Source: the human T2T-CHM13v2.0 reference genome, Homo sapiens
NCBI RefSeq assembly: GCF_009914755.1
Contig: NC_060937.1
Strand: one strand, 5' to 3'
Length of the DNA stretch: 64,000 nt
The stretch's first letter is position 1. Each line of letters begins with the position of its first letter. The notes beneath the pieces were generated by a model. It did not search any database, had not been told where the DNA came from, and was given only the letters and a program-made list of their open reading frames with translations. Of this stretch, positions 1 to 16,938 are shown piece after piece. Both the position numbers and the translations under genes were made by a program.

Positions 1-99
1 AACTATGGGACGTGATGGGAGGAAGTGCTCAGAAATATGTGTAATTTGTAGAACTAGAAAGATAATGGCAGCATTCCTTGAGAAATGATAAACAGGCTG

Positions 100-345
100 A
101 GAATCAGTTTCTGGAGAAAACTGGCTTGATTTTTGAGTATGCTGAACTTAAAGTCATTCTGTGATGTCCATGTGGAGGTGTTTGAAAAATGGTGGCATCT
201 CCAAGTATATTAGAGGCCCCTTGGGACATAGAGCTGTCAATCAGGGAGACACCAGGCAGAAGTTGAGGTCTTGGGTCCAGGAGATCACCTAAGGTGAGCC
301 AGATAGAGGAATAAGGCCAGAGACCTGGGACCAAAGCATAGAGAC
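100..345 (-). mobile_element. L2 LINE fragment (old, diverged)
   Basis: gatgtccatgtggaggtg...gagatcacctaaggtgag...gagacctgggacc resembles the reverse-complemented L2 3' region as I recall it; boundaries approximate. Confidence 0.5.
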
Positions 346-813
346 TTGCAAAATCTCATGGCGAGGGTAAAGTTTGTGCCACCAAAGCACACGGGCAATG
401 ACATTGCTGATTGAGTTGACGGCAGTTTAGATCCTCTGATAAAGATGAAAGCTCAATAACAGCCAGTGGAGAATAGGCTGGAAAAAGGAAAGAAGGCTCT
501 CCAGGAAAATCTGGTTCTGCTTTTAAAGGGAAAGTGAGACACAGAGTGGAGGAGAGAAGGGAAACTTGGGCAGGGGGACAGAGGTCCTCAGTTCCTTGGC
601 CAAAATCTTAGAGGTAGATATGTTTCTGAGTTAAGAAATGTTCAGTTCTGTGAAAGCAACACAGAGCATAGAGAATGTGTCATATTCTGTTAGTCTGTAA
701 CATCCCTGCAGGTAGACCCAAAAGGCAAAGCTCCACCTCAGCCAGCCTCTAGCTCACCCCTCGCTCATTGTAATTAAAATAGATGTCTATTGAGGAGGCA
801 GTCTGTCCCTTAG

Positions 814-2385
814 CAATTGACTTTCTTCACAGGAATTAGAAAAAAAACTACTTTGAATTCCATATGGAACCAAAAAAGAGCCTGTATAGCCAAGACAATC
901 CTAAGCAAAAAGAACAAAGCTGGAGGCATCACGATGCGTGACTTCAAACTATACTACAAGGCTACAGTAACCAAAACAGCATAGTAGTGGTACCAAAACA
1001 GAAATATAGACCAATGGAACAGAACAGAGACCTCAGAAATAACACCACACATCTATGACCATCTGATCTTCGACAAACCTGACAAAAACAAGCAATGGGG
1101 AAAAGAGTCCCTATTTAATAAATGGTGCTGGGAAAACTGGCAGCCATATGCAGAAAAAAGAAACTAGACCCCTTCCTTATACCTTATACAAAAATTAACT
1201 CAAGATGGATTAAGGACTTAAATGTAAAACCAGAAATCATAAAAACCCTAAGAATACCTAGGCAATACCATTCAGGACACAGGCATGGGAAAAGACTTCA
1301 CAGTTAAAACAACAAAAGCAATCACAAGAAAAGCCAAAATTGACAAAAGGGATCTAATTAAAGAGCTTCTGCATCGCAAAAGAAACTAGCTAGCATCAGA
1401 GTGAACAGGCCACCTACAGAATGGGAGAACATTTTTGCTATCTACCCATCTGACAAATGTCTAACATCCAGAATCTACAAGGAACTTAAACAAATTTACA
1501 AGAACAAATCAAATAGCCCCATCAAAAAGTGAACAAAGGATATGAACAGACACTTATCAAAAGCAGACATTTATGTGGCCAACAAACATAAAGCTCAACA
1601 TCACTGGTCATTAGAGAAATGCAAATCAAAACCACAGGGAGATACTATCTCATGCCAGTCAGAATGGCAATTATTAAAAAGTCACGAAATAATAGATGTT
1701 TGTGAGGCTGTGGAGAAATAGGAATGCTATTACACTGTTGGTGGGAGTGTAAATTATTTCAACCATTGTAGAAGACAGTGTGGCGAATACTCAAGGATCT
1801 AGAACCAGAAGTAGCATTTGACCCAGCAATCCCATTACTGGGTATATATACCCAAAGGATTACACACCATTCTAATATAAAGACACAGGCATGTGTATGT
1901 TTATTGCAGCACTATTCACAATAGCAAAGACTTGGAATCAACCCAAATGTCCATCAATGATAGACTGGATAAAGAAAATGTGGCACATACACACCATGGA
2001 ATACTATGCAGCCATAAAAAAAGAATGAGATCATGTCCTTTGCAAGGACATGGATGAAGCTGGAGGCTATCATTCTCAGCAAATTAACACGGGAAGAGAA
2101 AACCAAACACTGCATGTTCTTACTTATAAATGGGAGTTGAACAATGAGAACACATGGACACAGGGAGGGGAACATCACACACCAGGGCCTGTCGGGGTGG
2201 GGGTCAAGGGGAGGGAGAACATTAGGACAAATACCTAATGCATGCAGGGCTTAAAACCTAGATGATGGGTTGATAGGTGCAGCAAGCCACCATGGCATGT
2301 ACATACCTATGTAACAAACCCGCACATTCTACACATATATCCCGAAAGGTAAAGTAAAATAAAATATATATAATAAAAATAAACA
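814..2385 (+). mobile_element. 5'-truncated LINE-1 (L1PA8-like): 3' part of ORF2, 3'UTR and A-rich tail, decayed
   Basis: ORF2 motifs ([25 protein letters not shown] in ORF 1122-1307); 3'UTR ttaggacaaatacctaatgcatgcagggcttaaaacctagatgatgggttgataggtgcagc; A-rich tail; frameshifts and stops. Confidence 0.93.
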
Positions 2386-2829
2386 AGTTAAACATGTGTT
2401 TGAAATTTAAAAAAAAAGAACAGATGTGTCACCTTCCTTCACCTCACAAATCTCTAACGAAAGTGCCCCACTTCTGGACAAGGAGGGTAAACAGCATGGT
2501 GCTGTCTGCCTGCCACCCAGGTCTGGCTACCAGCCACCCACTGCCTCTGGGCTCGCAGTTTCTAGTGGTGGTTAGATCTGAGACCCCCACTGCTGCTGAC
2601 TTCATGGCTTGTTCCCGTGTTACCTTCTATGGGGACAGCTTCCTTGTTGGGCTCCTCTCATGATAACTGTGCGCTGATTTTGTCAGGACTCCAGGCTGCT
2701 GACATCTCTGTGTCTGTCTTGTAGGTATTCTGCCTTGGGACATGATCTGATTCGTTTAGGTTGTACAGGCTCTCACATTCACAAGTCCACCTTCCCTAAC
2801 CAGTACATAAATATACTCTATCATAACTC

Positions 2830-3100
2830 ATATTAGAACACAAAACCAGAAACTCACTTTTTGAACCCTCTCTACCCCCCAGCTCCTACCTTATTTCTGT
2901 GTTCCCTTCAACTTTTAGAAAATACTTGCTCTCCTGACATCCTTTCCCGAAACCTTAGCTAATTCCTTATCATGTGGGTTTCTACTCAAATGTTACCTCT
3001 TCACAGCAACATCAGAGACCAGTCTATCCAAAACCCCCGCCCAGATCTCAGGCACTCCTTACTTTATTCCCTTCTCTTCATTAAGTTTCCTCAGAGTGAT
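2830..3100 (+). mobile_element. L2 fragments
   Basis: ctactcaaatgttacctcttcacag and flanking pyrimidine-rich blocks match L2 3' region motifs. Confidence 0.45.
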
Positions 3101-3559
3101 ATTATATTTTTATTACTTGCTTTGTATTTGGAGATAGAACATAGATCCTCCCAAAATAAGGGATACGTAGCTAAAGCACGTTTTATTTCTTTAAAAACAC
3201 AAAATAACTCCAGTTGATATCAAGGGAACTGCTAAACATATTTATTTGAAAAGCAGTAATCATCGTATCTTTTAGTGAGACATTTTTGCCTTAATGCTAT
3301 TTTACATATTTGCCTATCCCTTATCCTAAAGGAATTTTCAATACCCTATCCCAAATTTCCACAAATCCTTAGGAACATATGTTCTTATAGTCACTTTTGG
3401 GTCCAACTTCATGGCTGGCCCAAAAACTTAATCTCACTTCCCATCCCACATCAATTCTTATTGCTGCAATGTGACATAGATGTAGAATGCGGTCCCTATT
3501 TCTTTATCTTTTCCCCCCAAATTTCTAAATCTGTGAAGAACCATGCCAAACAAATGTGT

Positions 3560-3838
3560 GCCTAGGAGGAAGAGATTTCACTAACGTGTGTGACTGACGG
3601 AGGGCATCGTTCTGGGCCTGCGCAGAGTGCGTGCTGGTACAGCCTGGAAGGATGAGGGATCCTAAGCCCGGGCTCCAAACCTCCACCAAGAGGCGACAAG
3701 ATTAACCCAACAATCTGGAGGGACAGTTCAGCTTCTGGGGATTCCCCTCCCTCTTTCTCTGTGAGATTGTTTCCTAAATAAACTGCCTGCCTCAAGTTTG
3801 TGCCTCAGGCTCTGCTTTCAGGGGAACCCAAAATAACA
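3560..3838 (+). mobile_element. ERVL-class LTR 3' portion (LTR16/LTR33-like)
   Basis: Ends aataaactgcctgcctcaag...ctcaggctctgctttcaggggaacccaaaataaca, a typical ERVL-LTR U5 terminus after a polyA signal; 5' boundary uncertain. Confidence 0.5.
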
Positions 3839-5978
3839 GAGAAACCACACAACAACACAGATGCTAATATTATGTATTCGCATTTAGCCACTCACTTCTA
3901 AAATGTTCTCACGGCTCGAATTTTTCTGTGGTCTGTGTTCTCTTGTGGGTCTGCCCACCCATGTCTCTTCCTCATCCTGCCTCCTCAAACCCCAAAACTC
4001 TTCCTTTTGACTGTTACCCTCGGATTTGCCTCAGAAATACAATATCCACTGGACAGTAGAAGAGGGCAGTGTTCCCTTCTCCCTCCAGCACCAGGTTTCC
4101 CAAAGCAAGCCTAAAGATGCACGGAGCTACCAACGAAGCCAAAGGCTCACCCAACGCAGGTCTCAGCTTCCAGAAGCACAGAAACCACACAGATATTTTG
4201 AAACTCTATCATGGCCTTTCTTCCTCCTCCCTCGGTCTCCCAAGAGGAAGACAATGTCATGGAGTTTTATTTTCTAATTTACATGGATTACAGTACTCTC
4301 TAAGAAAGCACAAGCTAATGCCTGTTTGGTTTCACGTAACAATACCTTTTCTTTGTGATACAAACATGCTTGCCTGTGAAATGAACACAACAAAATGTAC
4401 ATTGAGGAAAATTTATGCAAGTTTTTTTAATAGAGGTATATCAAGAAGCAACTAGGAGTACATCTGAAGATTTAGACAATAGCAAGTAAACAAGGATAAA
4501 GATATTAATTCTAAGAATTGTGAGGGGTACAGACAGATGAAGATGGCCTGGTCAAACCCAGAACACAGGAATGAAAGAGAGCCACATAAGACTGAGTTAG
4601 GGAATGTGGGCAAATATACAATAATAAATTACTATTTCTTGTAAATATAGATGCAATTGTAAACTCAAAATAAAACCTGGTACTGATGGTTTTTTTCAAT
4701 ATCAAGAATAATGCATAAATCAGAAAATAACATATCATTTAGAAAAAAATGAATTAAAAAGGTTGACAATTCTTAAAAACGATGATAGGAATAATGGCAA
4801 AGTCCTTTAAGGGCCTGTGACTAGAACTAGGTCAGAATGAGACACTTGTGGCCGCCTTGACCCTGGGTGTGGACTAAGGTATCCTAAGGTTTAGAATTCT
4901 GAGATCAGATTAGAATTGAATTTTAAAGAAGAATAAAGAAAACACTGTGGTATTTGGTCAAATTGGACAGCATAAAATCCATGAAATATTGGTGTGTGTG
5001 TGTGTGGCTGCTATGGACAGAGAATACATTCGCATACATGGTCCAGACTAACCACATTAGCAAATGAAAACACTGAAAATGGCAGGAACTAGTCCTTGTT
5101 GGAAGGTTGTTTCACAAGTCATGCCTGTTTGTGTTTGCATTTATTTATTTATTATAGAACTTGACCTTCCTCACTAATTAACACCTGATGGCAATTTCAA
5201 ATGGGACTCCATACAGATCTTTCCAGGAAGTGATTTTAAAGGTATTCATTAGGCTCTATAAAGAGATTCTAAACCATCTACGTGAATACATTTTTACAAA
5301 CTCTCTGTACATATATGGCCACCTGCCTTCTTGTTTCACTGCCTATTTTCACAGTCCTGGCATATAGCAGTGCATATATTAACATAAAAGAGCATATCTG
5401 TAACTCTGACATGGTGTATATTTTTTCTCCTGTAATTTTTTTTTCCATTTTGGTTTGGATGATTATACCTATTTATTTTTCAAAATTCAGAGTTTCTTTT
5501 AAAGTGTGAAGTATATTTTCACACTTCTGATCGCCAGAGGAAGAGGAAAGAGAGTGTCACACATCAGACATTCAAATCCAGACATTATGCAATCACAATG
5601 ACAGGGATTAATAAAGATTAAATTGGTTCCCACTTAAAAAGTCCTAGCTCTTCAGCAATACCATTGCTACGCTTTGAAACGTGCTTTGTTGTTGTGTTTC
5701 ACCTTGCTCTCCGTGTTGGCAGTTTGTTTTCATGAAAGTGTTCTCTAGCTACTATTTTTCAAGAAGCTACAGCTGGATAATAGGATTTACGAGGCAAAGT
5801 TTTAAACGTATCAGTGGGAAAATATCATCCCTATTCAAATGGCCACTTTGTTGGGATTGCTTTATTTATTTATTTTGGGCATTATTAGTTGTATTTTTTT
5901 AAAAATACAATTTATATTAAAAAAGTCTTTATAATACTATTTCACACATTGTTGTATATTAAAGATTTTATCAAATAA

Positions 5979-6295
<317 letters not shown>

Positions 6296-6675
6296 GATCT
6301 TTTTCTTCTTTTTCTTTTTTTTAACTTATCAAATCATCACTTATAAGAACAATTTATTCAAACAACTTCTCACCCCCTATTCCCAACGTGGCCATTTGAA
6401 TGAACCATCCAACTATTCCTTTTGGTTGAGTCAACACAGGGCAAGCTGCTATGAAGGCTCTAGGGTAAAGGGGTGGTTAATAGAGTAAGCAAACAAGGGA
6501 TAATAGGAATGCCAACAGACGTAAATTTTCTTTGCCTTCTTAAAGAAGTAGTTCAATTCACTTCATATTAGTTGAGGTTCTATGACTCAACCTTGGCCTG
6601 TGAACCAAATAATTACCTAGTGTTTCAAAACAAGGGAAAAAGAGCATCATTATATTCCAAATGAAATGTGTGTTA

Positions 6676-7975
6676 GTTTCCAGTAGCATATCTGTACACT
6701 AAAAATGACCTAACCCCCAAAAAATCAAGAAAATAATCCCATTTACAATAGCATAAACAAAAGTTCTTAGGAATAAATCTAACCCCATAAAGTGGAAGAT
6801 CTTACAATAAAAACTGTAAAACATTGATGAAAAAAAGGAAGAAGACAAAACTAAATGGAAATATACTCTATACCTATGGATTGGAAGAATTAATAGTATT
6901 ACAATGTCTATACAACACAAAGTGATCTACAGATTCAATGCAAGCCCTATCAAAATTTTCGTGATGTTTTTTGCAGAAATAGAAGATAAATTTTAAATTT
7001 GTGTGGAATCACAAAGGACTCCAAATAGCCAAAGCAATCTTAAGCAAAAAGAACAAAGCTGGGGACATTATACTACCTGATTTCAAAACATATTACAAAG
7101 ACATAGTAATCAGTACAGCATGGTACTGGCATAAAAACAGACACACAGACCACTGGGGCAGAATGGAGAGCCTAGAAGTAAATCCATACACATATTGTCA
7201 GTTGATCCTTGACAAAGCTATCAATAACTCACAAGAGGAAAAGGACAGGCTCTTCAATAAATGGTGTGGGAAAACTGGAGATTGACATGGAGAACAATGA
7301 AATTGGACCCTCCTCTTATCCTGTATAAAAAAATTAACTCAAAATAGATTAATGACTTAAATGTAAAAGAAAATGTGCTAGAAAAGCTTATTTACATTTG
7401 TCTAAGCCATGATTTTTTGGCAATGACTCCAAAAGCACAGCAGAATTAACTAGCTTTAAAAATAAAAAAGGAAGCCCTGCTATTTGTGACAATGTGAATT
7501 TACCTAGAGGACATAATGTTAAGTGAAATAAGCCAGGTACAGATACACAAATATTTCCTGATATCACTTATATGTGGACTCTAAATGAACTGAAGTCATA
7601 GAAGAAGAGAATAGAATGGTGGATACCAGGGGCTGTGGGGTGGGATGGGGAGAGTAGAAATGGAAACATGTTGATCAAAGAGCACAAAGTTTCAAGTACA
7701 AAGGATGAATAGGTTCTAGAGATCTCTTGTTACAGCATGGCAACTACAGTTAATACTAATCTGTCACATTCCTAAATGCTGGGAGAGTAGATTTTAAATG
7801 TTCTCAGCACACACAAAAAAGATAAGTATATAATATGATGAAAATGTTAATTAGTATGATCTAATCATTTCACAATATATACATACATCAAAACATTACA
7901 TTATAACCATAAATACATATAATTTTGTCAATTTTTCCTTAATAAAACCAGGGAAAAATAAATTTAAAATAAAAA
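6676..7975 (+). mobile_element. LINE-1 (L1MA8/9-like): ORF2 fragment plus 3'UTR with internal deletion
   Basis: ORF 7001-7285 [32 protein letters not shown] is L1 ORF2; jumps near 7445 to 3'UTR (gaggacataatgttaagtgaaataagccagg...ccttaataaaaccagggaaaaa). Confidence 0.9.
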
Positions 7976-8274
7976 GAGCATCTAACAACAAAACAACATA
8001 AACAAAGATATCTAGGTAGTACATTCCCATCATTAGCACCAGCGTTCTCTGTTTTCTTATCTTATTGACTTTATTGGCTTTCCTGAAATTATTTAACCTT
8101 GATATAGTGCATTGTCAGCAGCTAAGAATTATTCATATGTAAATATATATGTATTATACTGCTATAAGTTATTTATGTAGAAATATATATATTGATTTTA
8201 TAATATTATTTTAAGATTTCCATGGCTGCGGTCATTTTCATCTTACAGAAACAAGGAAACAATATGTATGCTGC

Positions 8275-8365
8275 CTTCATTCAACAAATTTGCATTGAGT
8301 TTTTTCTGGGTGTCAAAAGCTGGGGATGCCATAGTGAGCAAGAGAGGCCCAGAGTTATCCTTTCA
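8275..8365 (-). mobile_element. L2 3'-end fragment
   Basis: ttcattcaacaaatttgcattgag...ctggggatgccatagtgagcaagaga is the reverse-complemented L2 tail. Confidence 0.55.
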
Positions 8366-8389
8366 GTAGGCAAGAGAGAGTAGGGTTTG

Positions 8390-8600
8390 GGTGTGCTTTC
8401 TGAGGTCAGACTACTGACCTCAAATCCACTTCTGCAAGTTGCAAGATTCCTACTTGGGCAAATCACTCAACTTCTCTTGTGCTTTGGCTTTTAAACTTCT
8501 ACAATTTTAATGATGGTGTTGCTAACAGTCGTCATTCCTCCTTGAAAGAATTGTTGCCATGATTAAATGAGTTAATATATGTACAACTACCCTAGCACAG
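8390..8600 (+). mobile_element. MIR SINE
   Basis: cttgggcaaatcactcaacttctc core and gattaaatgagttaatatatgta...ctagcacag 3' part. Confidence 0.7.
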
Positions 8601-8797
8601 GCTAGCTCTTACCATTTTGCAAAAGGCAGAGGAGAGTTTCATTAATAAAGGCAACCTCTTCATTGTACTCTTTGTTGTATTTTTCCAATCTGGATTCTGG
8701 ATCATTTATGGTGTAGGAGGATGAGGAAAAGAGAATAGGCCTAGATGGGAAAAATGGTAAAGAATATGGAGAGGAATAGATGGGAGAAAACAGAAAA

Positions 8798-8801
8798 GAG
8801 T

Positions 8802-8838
<37 letters not shown>
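8798..8838. repeat. (GA)n microsatellite
   Basis: Directly visible gagtgagtgagagagaga... Confidence 0.95.
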
Positions 8839-8840
<2 letters not shown>

Positions 8841-9082
8841 AGACTTGGACTTGGAAAGTAATTGGAAATGAAAAGGTTTTGGAGCAGTTGTAAGATACAA
8901 AGATTTGGGCAAAGAAGAAAGAGGATGTTATGAATATTTCCTAAGAGATATAATTTGAGTTTTCTTGAGTTTGCAACCATCTTTTATATGCAAAAGTAGC
9001 TATCTTTTTGCTGATTAAATTATCCTTGTTTGTTGGACACTGAGTGATAGTGGGAGCCCCAGGATTTTTGTAAGTTGAATAT

Positions 9083-11272
<2,190 letters not shown>

Positions 11273-11661
11273 GAGAATCCTTGAGTTGTAAAAGAGCTAC
11301 CAGAGTTGAGTACCTAGAACAGCAGCAAAGCAGCTTAAAACCTGGCAACTGAATGTTCGAGTGAGGAAAGGTCTGTTATTTATAGAAAAATTTGCCTATA
11401 CTTTTGTCTGCCTATTAGAGGTTGAGGTAATAAAATGGGTTGGCAAAGCTGAGGTTCCTTCAAAATGAGGCAGTGCCATCAGCATCCTCTGGAATAAAAA
11501 AAAAAAATCATTCTGATAGTGCTGCTGAAAAAGTTGACCCACTGTACTTATTTGTCAATCTGAAAATTCCTAATGAAACACAAGTCTCCATGATTTGGGA
11601 TCAAAGTTCTCTATTAGGCAAAAGTAGAAAATCTTAATGGAATGCTCTTATGCACTCTATA

Positions 11662-11824
11662 TTATTAGCACTCTATAAGACAGCAAAGACATGGAATCAA
11701 CCAAAATGCCCATCAGGGGCAGGTTGGATAAAGAAATGTGGTACATATATGCCATAGAATACTATGCAGCCAGAAAAAAGAATATGAATAGAGGACTTTG
11801 CAGGAACACAGATGGAGCTGGAGG
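11662..11824 (+). mobile_element. Short internal L1 fragment (ORF2 end / 3'UTR start), no polyA tail
   Basis: gcaaagacatggaatcaaccaaaatgcccatc...gcaggaacacagatggagctggagg; parallels about 10810-10973. Confidence 0.85.
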
Positions 11825-11908
11825 TCCCTTAAAAATGAGGTGGTATGATCATCATTCTCTGGAATTAAAAATCATTCCTGGCTCACGCCTGTGAGGAATT
11901 AAAAATCA

Positions 11909-12275
<367 letters not shown>

Positions 12276-12320
12276 TCATCTAAACAGAAGATATTCTTTT
12301 TCTCACTTAAGATACATTAA

Positions 12321-12715
<395 letters not shown>

Positions 12716-12781
12716 CTTTAGGGGCTTTTATTGTTGTTACTTTTTCATCTTAGAGCAACAAAACCAAAAAAGTGTGTCTAT

Positions 12782-12892
12782 ATTCATTCATTCAGCAAAC
12801 ATTTATTGGATACATTCTATGACACAGAAATGTAGACATCACAGTAAATAAGACAGAGGGTTGCTTTCCTCATTGACTCTATATTCTGGGGA
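12782..12892 (-). mobile_element. L2 3'-end fragment
   Basis: ttcattcattcagcaaacatttattgg...cagtaaataagacaga. Confidence 0.6.
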
Positions 12893-14244
12893 AGCTTATA
12901 TTGCAGGCATCAGAATGATACCATTCCTACTCTGGTTATTTATTAATTTTTAGTCAAATCAGAAAACTATGGTAGAGTATTTATAAAGAAAAATCTGATT
13001 TAATTAAGTTTATGAATGGTCTCTGCTCACCACATCTGATTACTTCCATCTTTATCCCAGGTTCTCAGCTAGATCCTGACTTCCTCATATTGGCTTTCTG
13101 TTTCCTTTGCAAATTGTCCTCATCCACCTCAACTTGCCTGGCATGGTTAACTTCATTTATTTATATTTCTCAGTGCCTTTAAAGGTGAATGAGGTGAATG
13201 TCTTAAAACCTAATAAAATAAATCAATATAATATTCATGTATGAAATTATTATTCCTTCCAAAGGCAATTGCACTGAAAAGAAAAAAAAACTCTTAGGGG
13301 ATATAATATCTATACACTTAGGACTGAGTTTCTAATAAAAGATGTTTTCCTCACTGTGGTCTGCCCTTATTCTAATATCCTATTTCTCCACATGTATCTA
13401 ATTTGAGCTGTGAAATGGTTTATTTTCATGACTGTACAATTTCTAGCAATTATTTGGATTGAGTTGTTGCATATATGGGTATCAATTGATAAGCCAAAAA
13501 AATACTGTATGTGGAAGAATTTTTTACTAAGTGAACAGATTCAGGCAAATCCTGATTTTATGAATTTTGAAGTTTCCATCCTTTCCACAATTACCGGTGA
13601 CTGGATGATTATTTTTCCTAAGAAGATTTGCATTGACCTTATTTCTAGATATTTTTTACTACTAAAGTAGAAACTACTTAATGAATTGTTATACATTTCA
13701 TGTGACCCTTCCTTTCACTCTTCAGACTTCCTACGACACATAGTAAGACTTTCAGAGCAAAGATCAATGTTAATTAACATGCCCGACATAAAAAGCATTA
13801 TAATTTTCCAGGATGTAAGAAGCTGAATGTGTATAGTGCTTACATTGTCATTTTGTTAACAGACTGATATAGTTCAGACTTTCAGAAAGTCTTGACAAGA
13901 AGTCACCGCAGTCAGTAAATTACATTATTATTGATAATGTTTCAAGCTATGCCCAAATGATGGGCTCAAACCAACTTTATATAAGGGAGCCCTCCTAATA
14001 TAAAAAAGATTCTTTTCTATGTTTATTGACATATGTGATTCTATTGTTCTTCGTATAGTTCTGATGTTGGATATTTTGAGAATGGTTTACCATGACATCC
14101 TAGATCTTTATATTGAAAAACGCATTCATTTTATTTTAGTCAAAATGGCATGCACATTCATTTAAAGGACAGAGTTTAAGTACATGGTTTCTATGAGCCA
14201 TTTCTGAATGACATAAAACTCAAGATGACCAAGATACCACTTTG

Positions 14245-14475
14245 ATTATGATTATGGTCTTTGGATTCAGAATGCCTGTTTTGGAAAACTGGCTCTTCCA
14301 GTTTTTTAACTGTGTGACCACAGAGACGTTATGTAACCTCTCTCTGCCTCAGCTGCCTCCTTTGTAAAATACTTAGGATAATAACAAAAGTTACCCCATA
14401 AACAAGTTACATATGTGAATTCTCTAAAGGTGTACCTGGCAATATGAAAACTATATATTGGCTTATTATTATTTA
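14245..14475 (+). mobile_element. MIR SINE
   Basis: aactgtgtgacc...taacctctctctgcctcagctgcctcctttgtaaaat core. Confidence 0.75.
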
Positions 14476-14799
14476 TGATTATAGTTTTACATTATGGAGG
14501 CCTCGGTAGCAATTGGCCTGGATTCCTGGGTGTCATGTGAAACAGTATAAATATATTTTAAAAATTCATGAGTAGGCTTACTTAAAATACTCACTTCGTT
14601 CATATTAGTTCCTGAAAACTCTGATGAGATGAGAGGAGCTACTTTTCCTTGCAAATGTCCCATCCACTCAAGCTACAGGCAGTAACTCTTACATATTCTC
14701 AGTACAAGCCTCTCTTAAAATAATGCTTTCATGTCTACATTTTAATTCTCTTTTACACACAGTTGCACAATGAACCTAGCCTGAACTGTCCACTTCCTC

Positions 14800-15275
14800 C
14801 CATAGTATATGTGGCCACCATGAGAACGTACCTCACCAATCTCTAACTGCAGGAACATAAGCAGTCAAGGGCCCCAGCTACTGGGCTTGGAAATCCATTG
14901 CTCCATTTGCACTGAGGCCATAACCCCCTTGGGCTGCTGCTGCCCAGTGACTGAGTCCTGCAAGGACACTAATGCAGAAACATTGCTGGGAAACACAGAC
15001 TCCTCTGACGGCCAACTTTGGCTCAGGCACTTCATGACGGCCTTGCTGAGACATCTTTAGACAGAACATAACCATCCTTGCCTCCCTTCCTTCTTCATTC
15101 AGGATTGACCTGTACTGTGCTGGCTCAGCAGCTCTCAGCCCCCGGCCCTGTTTTCCCTCACACAGGCAGGTTCACCTAATAAAACCCTTGCTCATCTCAC
15201 CCTGCCTTGGCATCTGCTTCTTGGGGGACTGGGAATAACACAGTCATTGCCGGTCTGAGTGGCAGGAAATGGGCA
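14800..15275 (+). mobile_element. LTR16-like ERVL LTR, possibly with the first bases of internal sequence
   Basis: Terminus aataaaacccttgctcatctcaccctgccttggcatctgcttcttgggggactgggaataacaca (ends 15242) matches the LTR16-type U5; GC-richer than flanks; 5' boundary uncertain. Confidence 0.6.
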
Positions 15276-15759
15276 TGTTACACAGGGCTTTTAATGTGAA
15301 CCTCCACAGTCATACTGCTAATAGGATTTGGCTCCTGTAGAGCCAGAGTAATTATCATCATCCCCTGTTTCTATGTCACCAATTACTTTCAGTGTGTCCT
15401 CCACATGTGAATTAAGTTTTATGGAATCCACAAAAGAGTGAAATTGTAGATTACCGAAATGCTCTGTGTCATGCTTTAAAGAACAAACAAACACACAGCA
15501 AACCCAAAACACATGCAGGTACCCCAGCCAAGGCCTATTAAATAACCCAGGATGACACATGTATATATAGCCTACTTATTCCATATTTTTAAACTTCCTT
15601 TCAATGCTTTTTTTCTATTTCTTTCAATCATGGAATGAATAATTATTTTGCAGGAAATGATTTAATTTTTACTAAAACTAACACTTATTAGTTCAAGTGA
15701 TCTTGCTGTTTCTTGAAGAGAAAACAAAAAAGAAAACAAAACGCACATCCCCTGATTGT

Positions 15760-16560
<801 letters not shown>

Positions 16561-16938
16561 ATAATACAACTGAATTCTAAATCTAACACATGAAAATATT
16601 TATGTGTTAAACGTTAGAATCACCTACAGATATAGTATGCTTTTTAGAATTACATAAATCATCTATTTAGTGAAATTTAACTTATCAGAGTCCCTGGATC
16701 TCAGTGCCTAGATATGAATAAGATCAGCTTTAGCCCTGGTAATTCTAATTTGAAATATAGTCTACTGAGAAATGTTTAAGGAGCTGAAAAACAAGAGTAG
16801 ACCTTTACCATTCATGATAGGATTCTTTAAGTTTAAAATTTATTTTTTGTTTAATATGTAAGTCACAAAATTGAGTCATAACCAGACTATTAAGTCCTGT
16901 CTATTTTCAATGTTAAAATTTTAATTTTAATCATGTCT

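Noticed and set aside
4026-4455. 128-aa and 83-aa overlapping ORFs
   Set aside because: No recognisable domain, no convincing splice or promoter context; lengths are expected by chance
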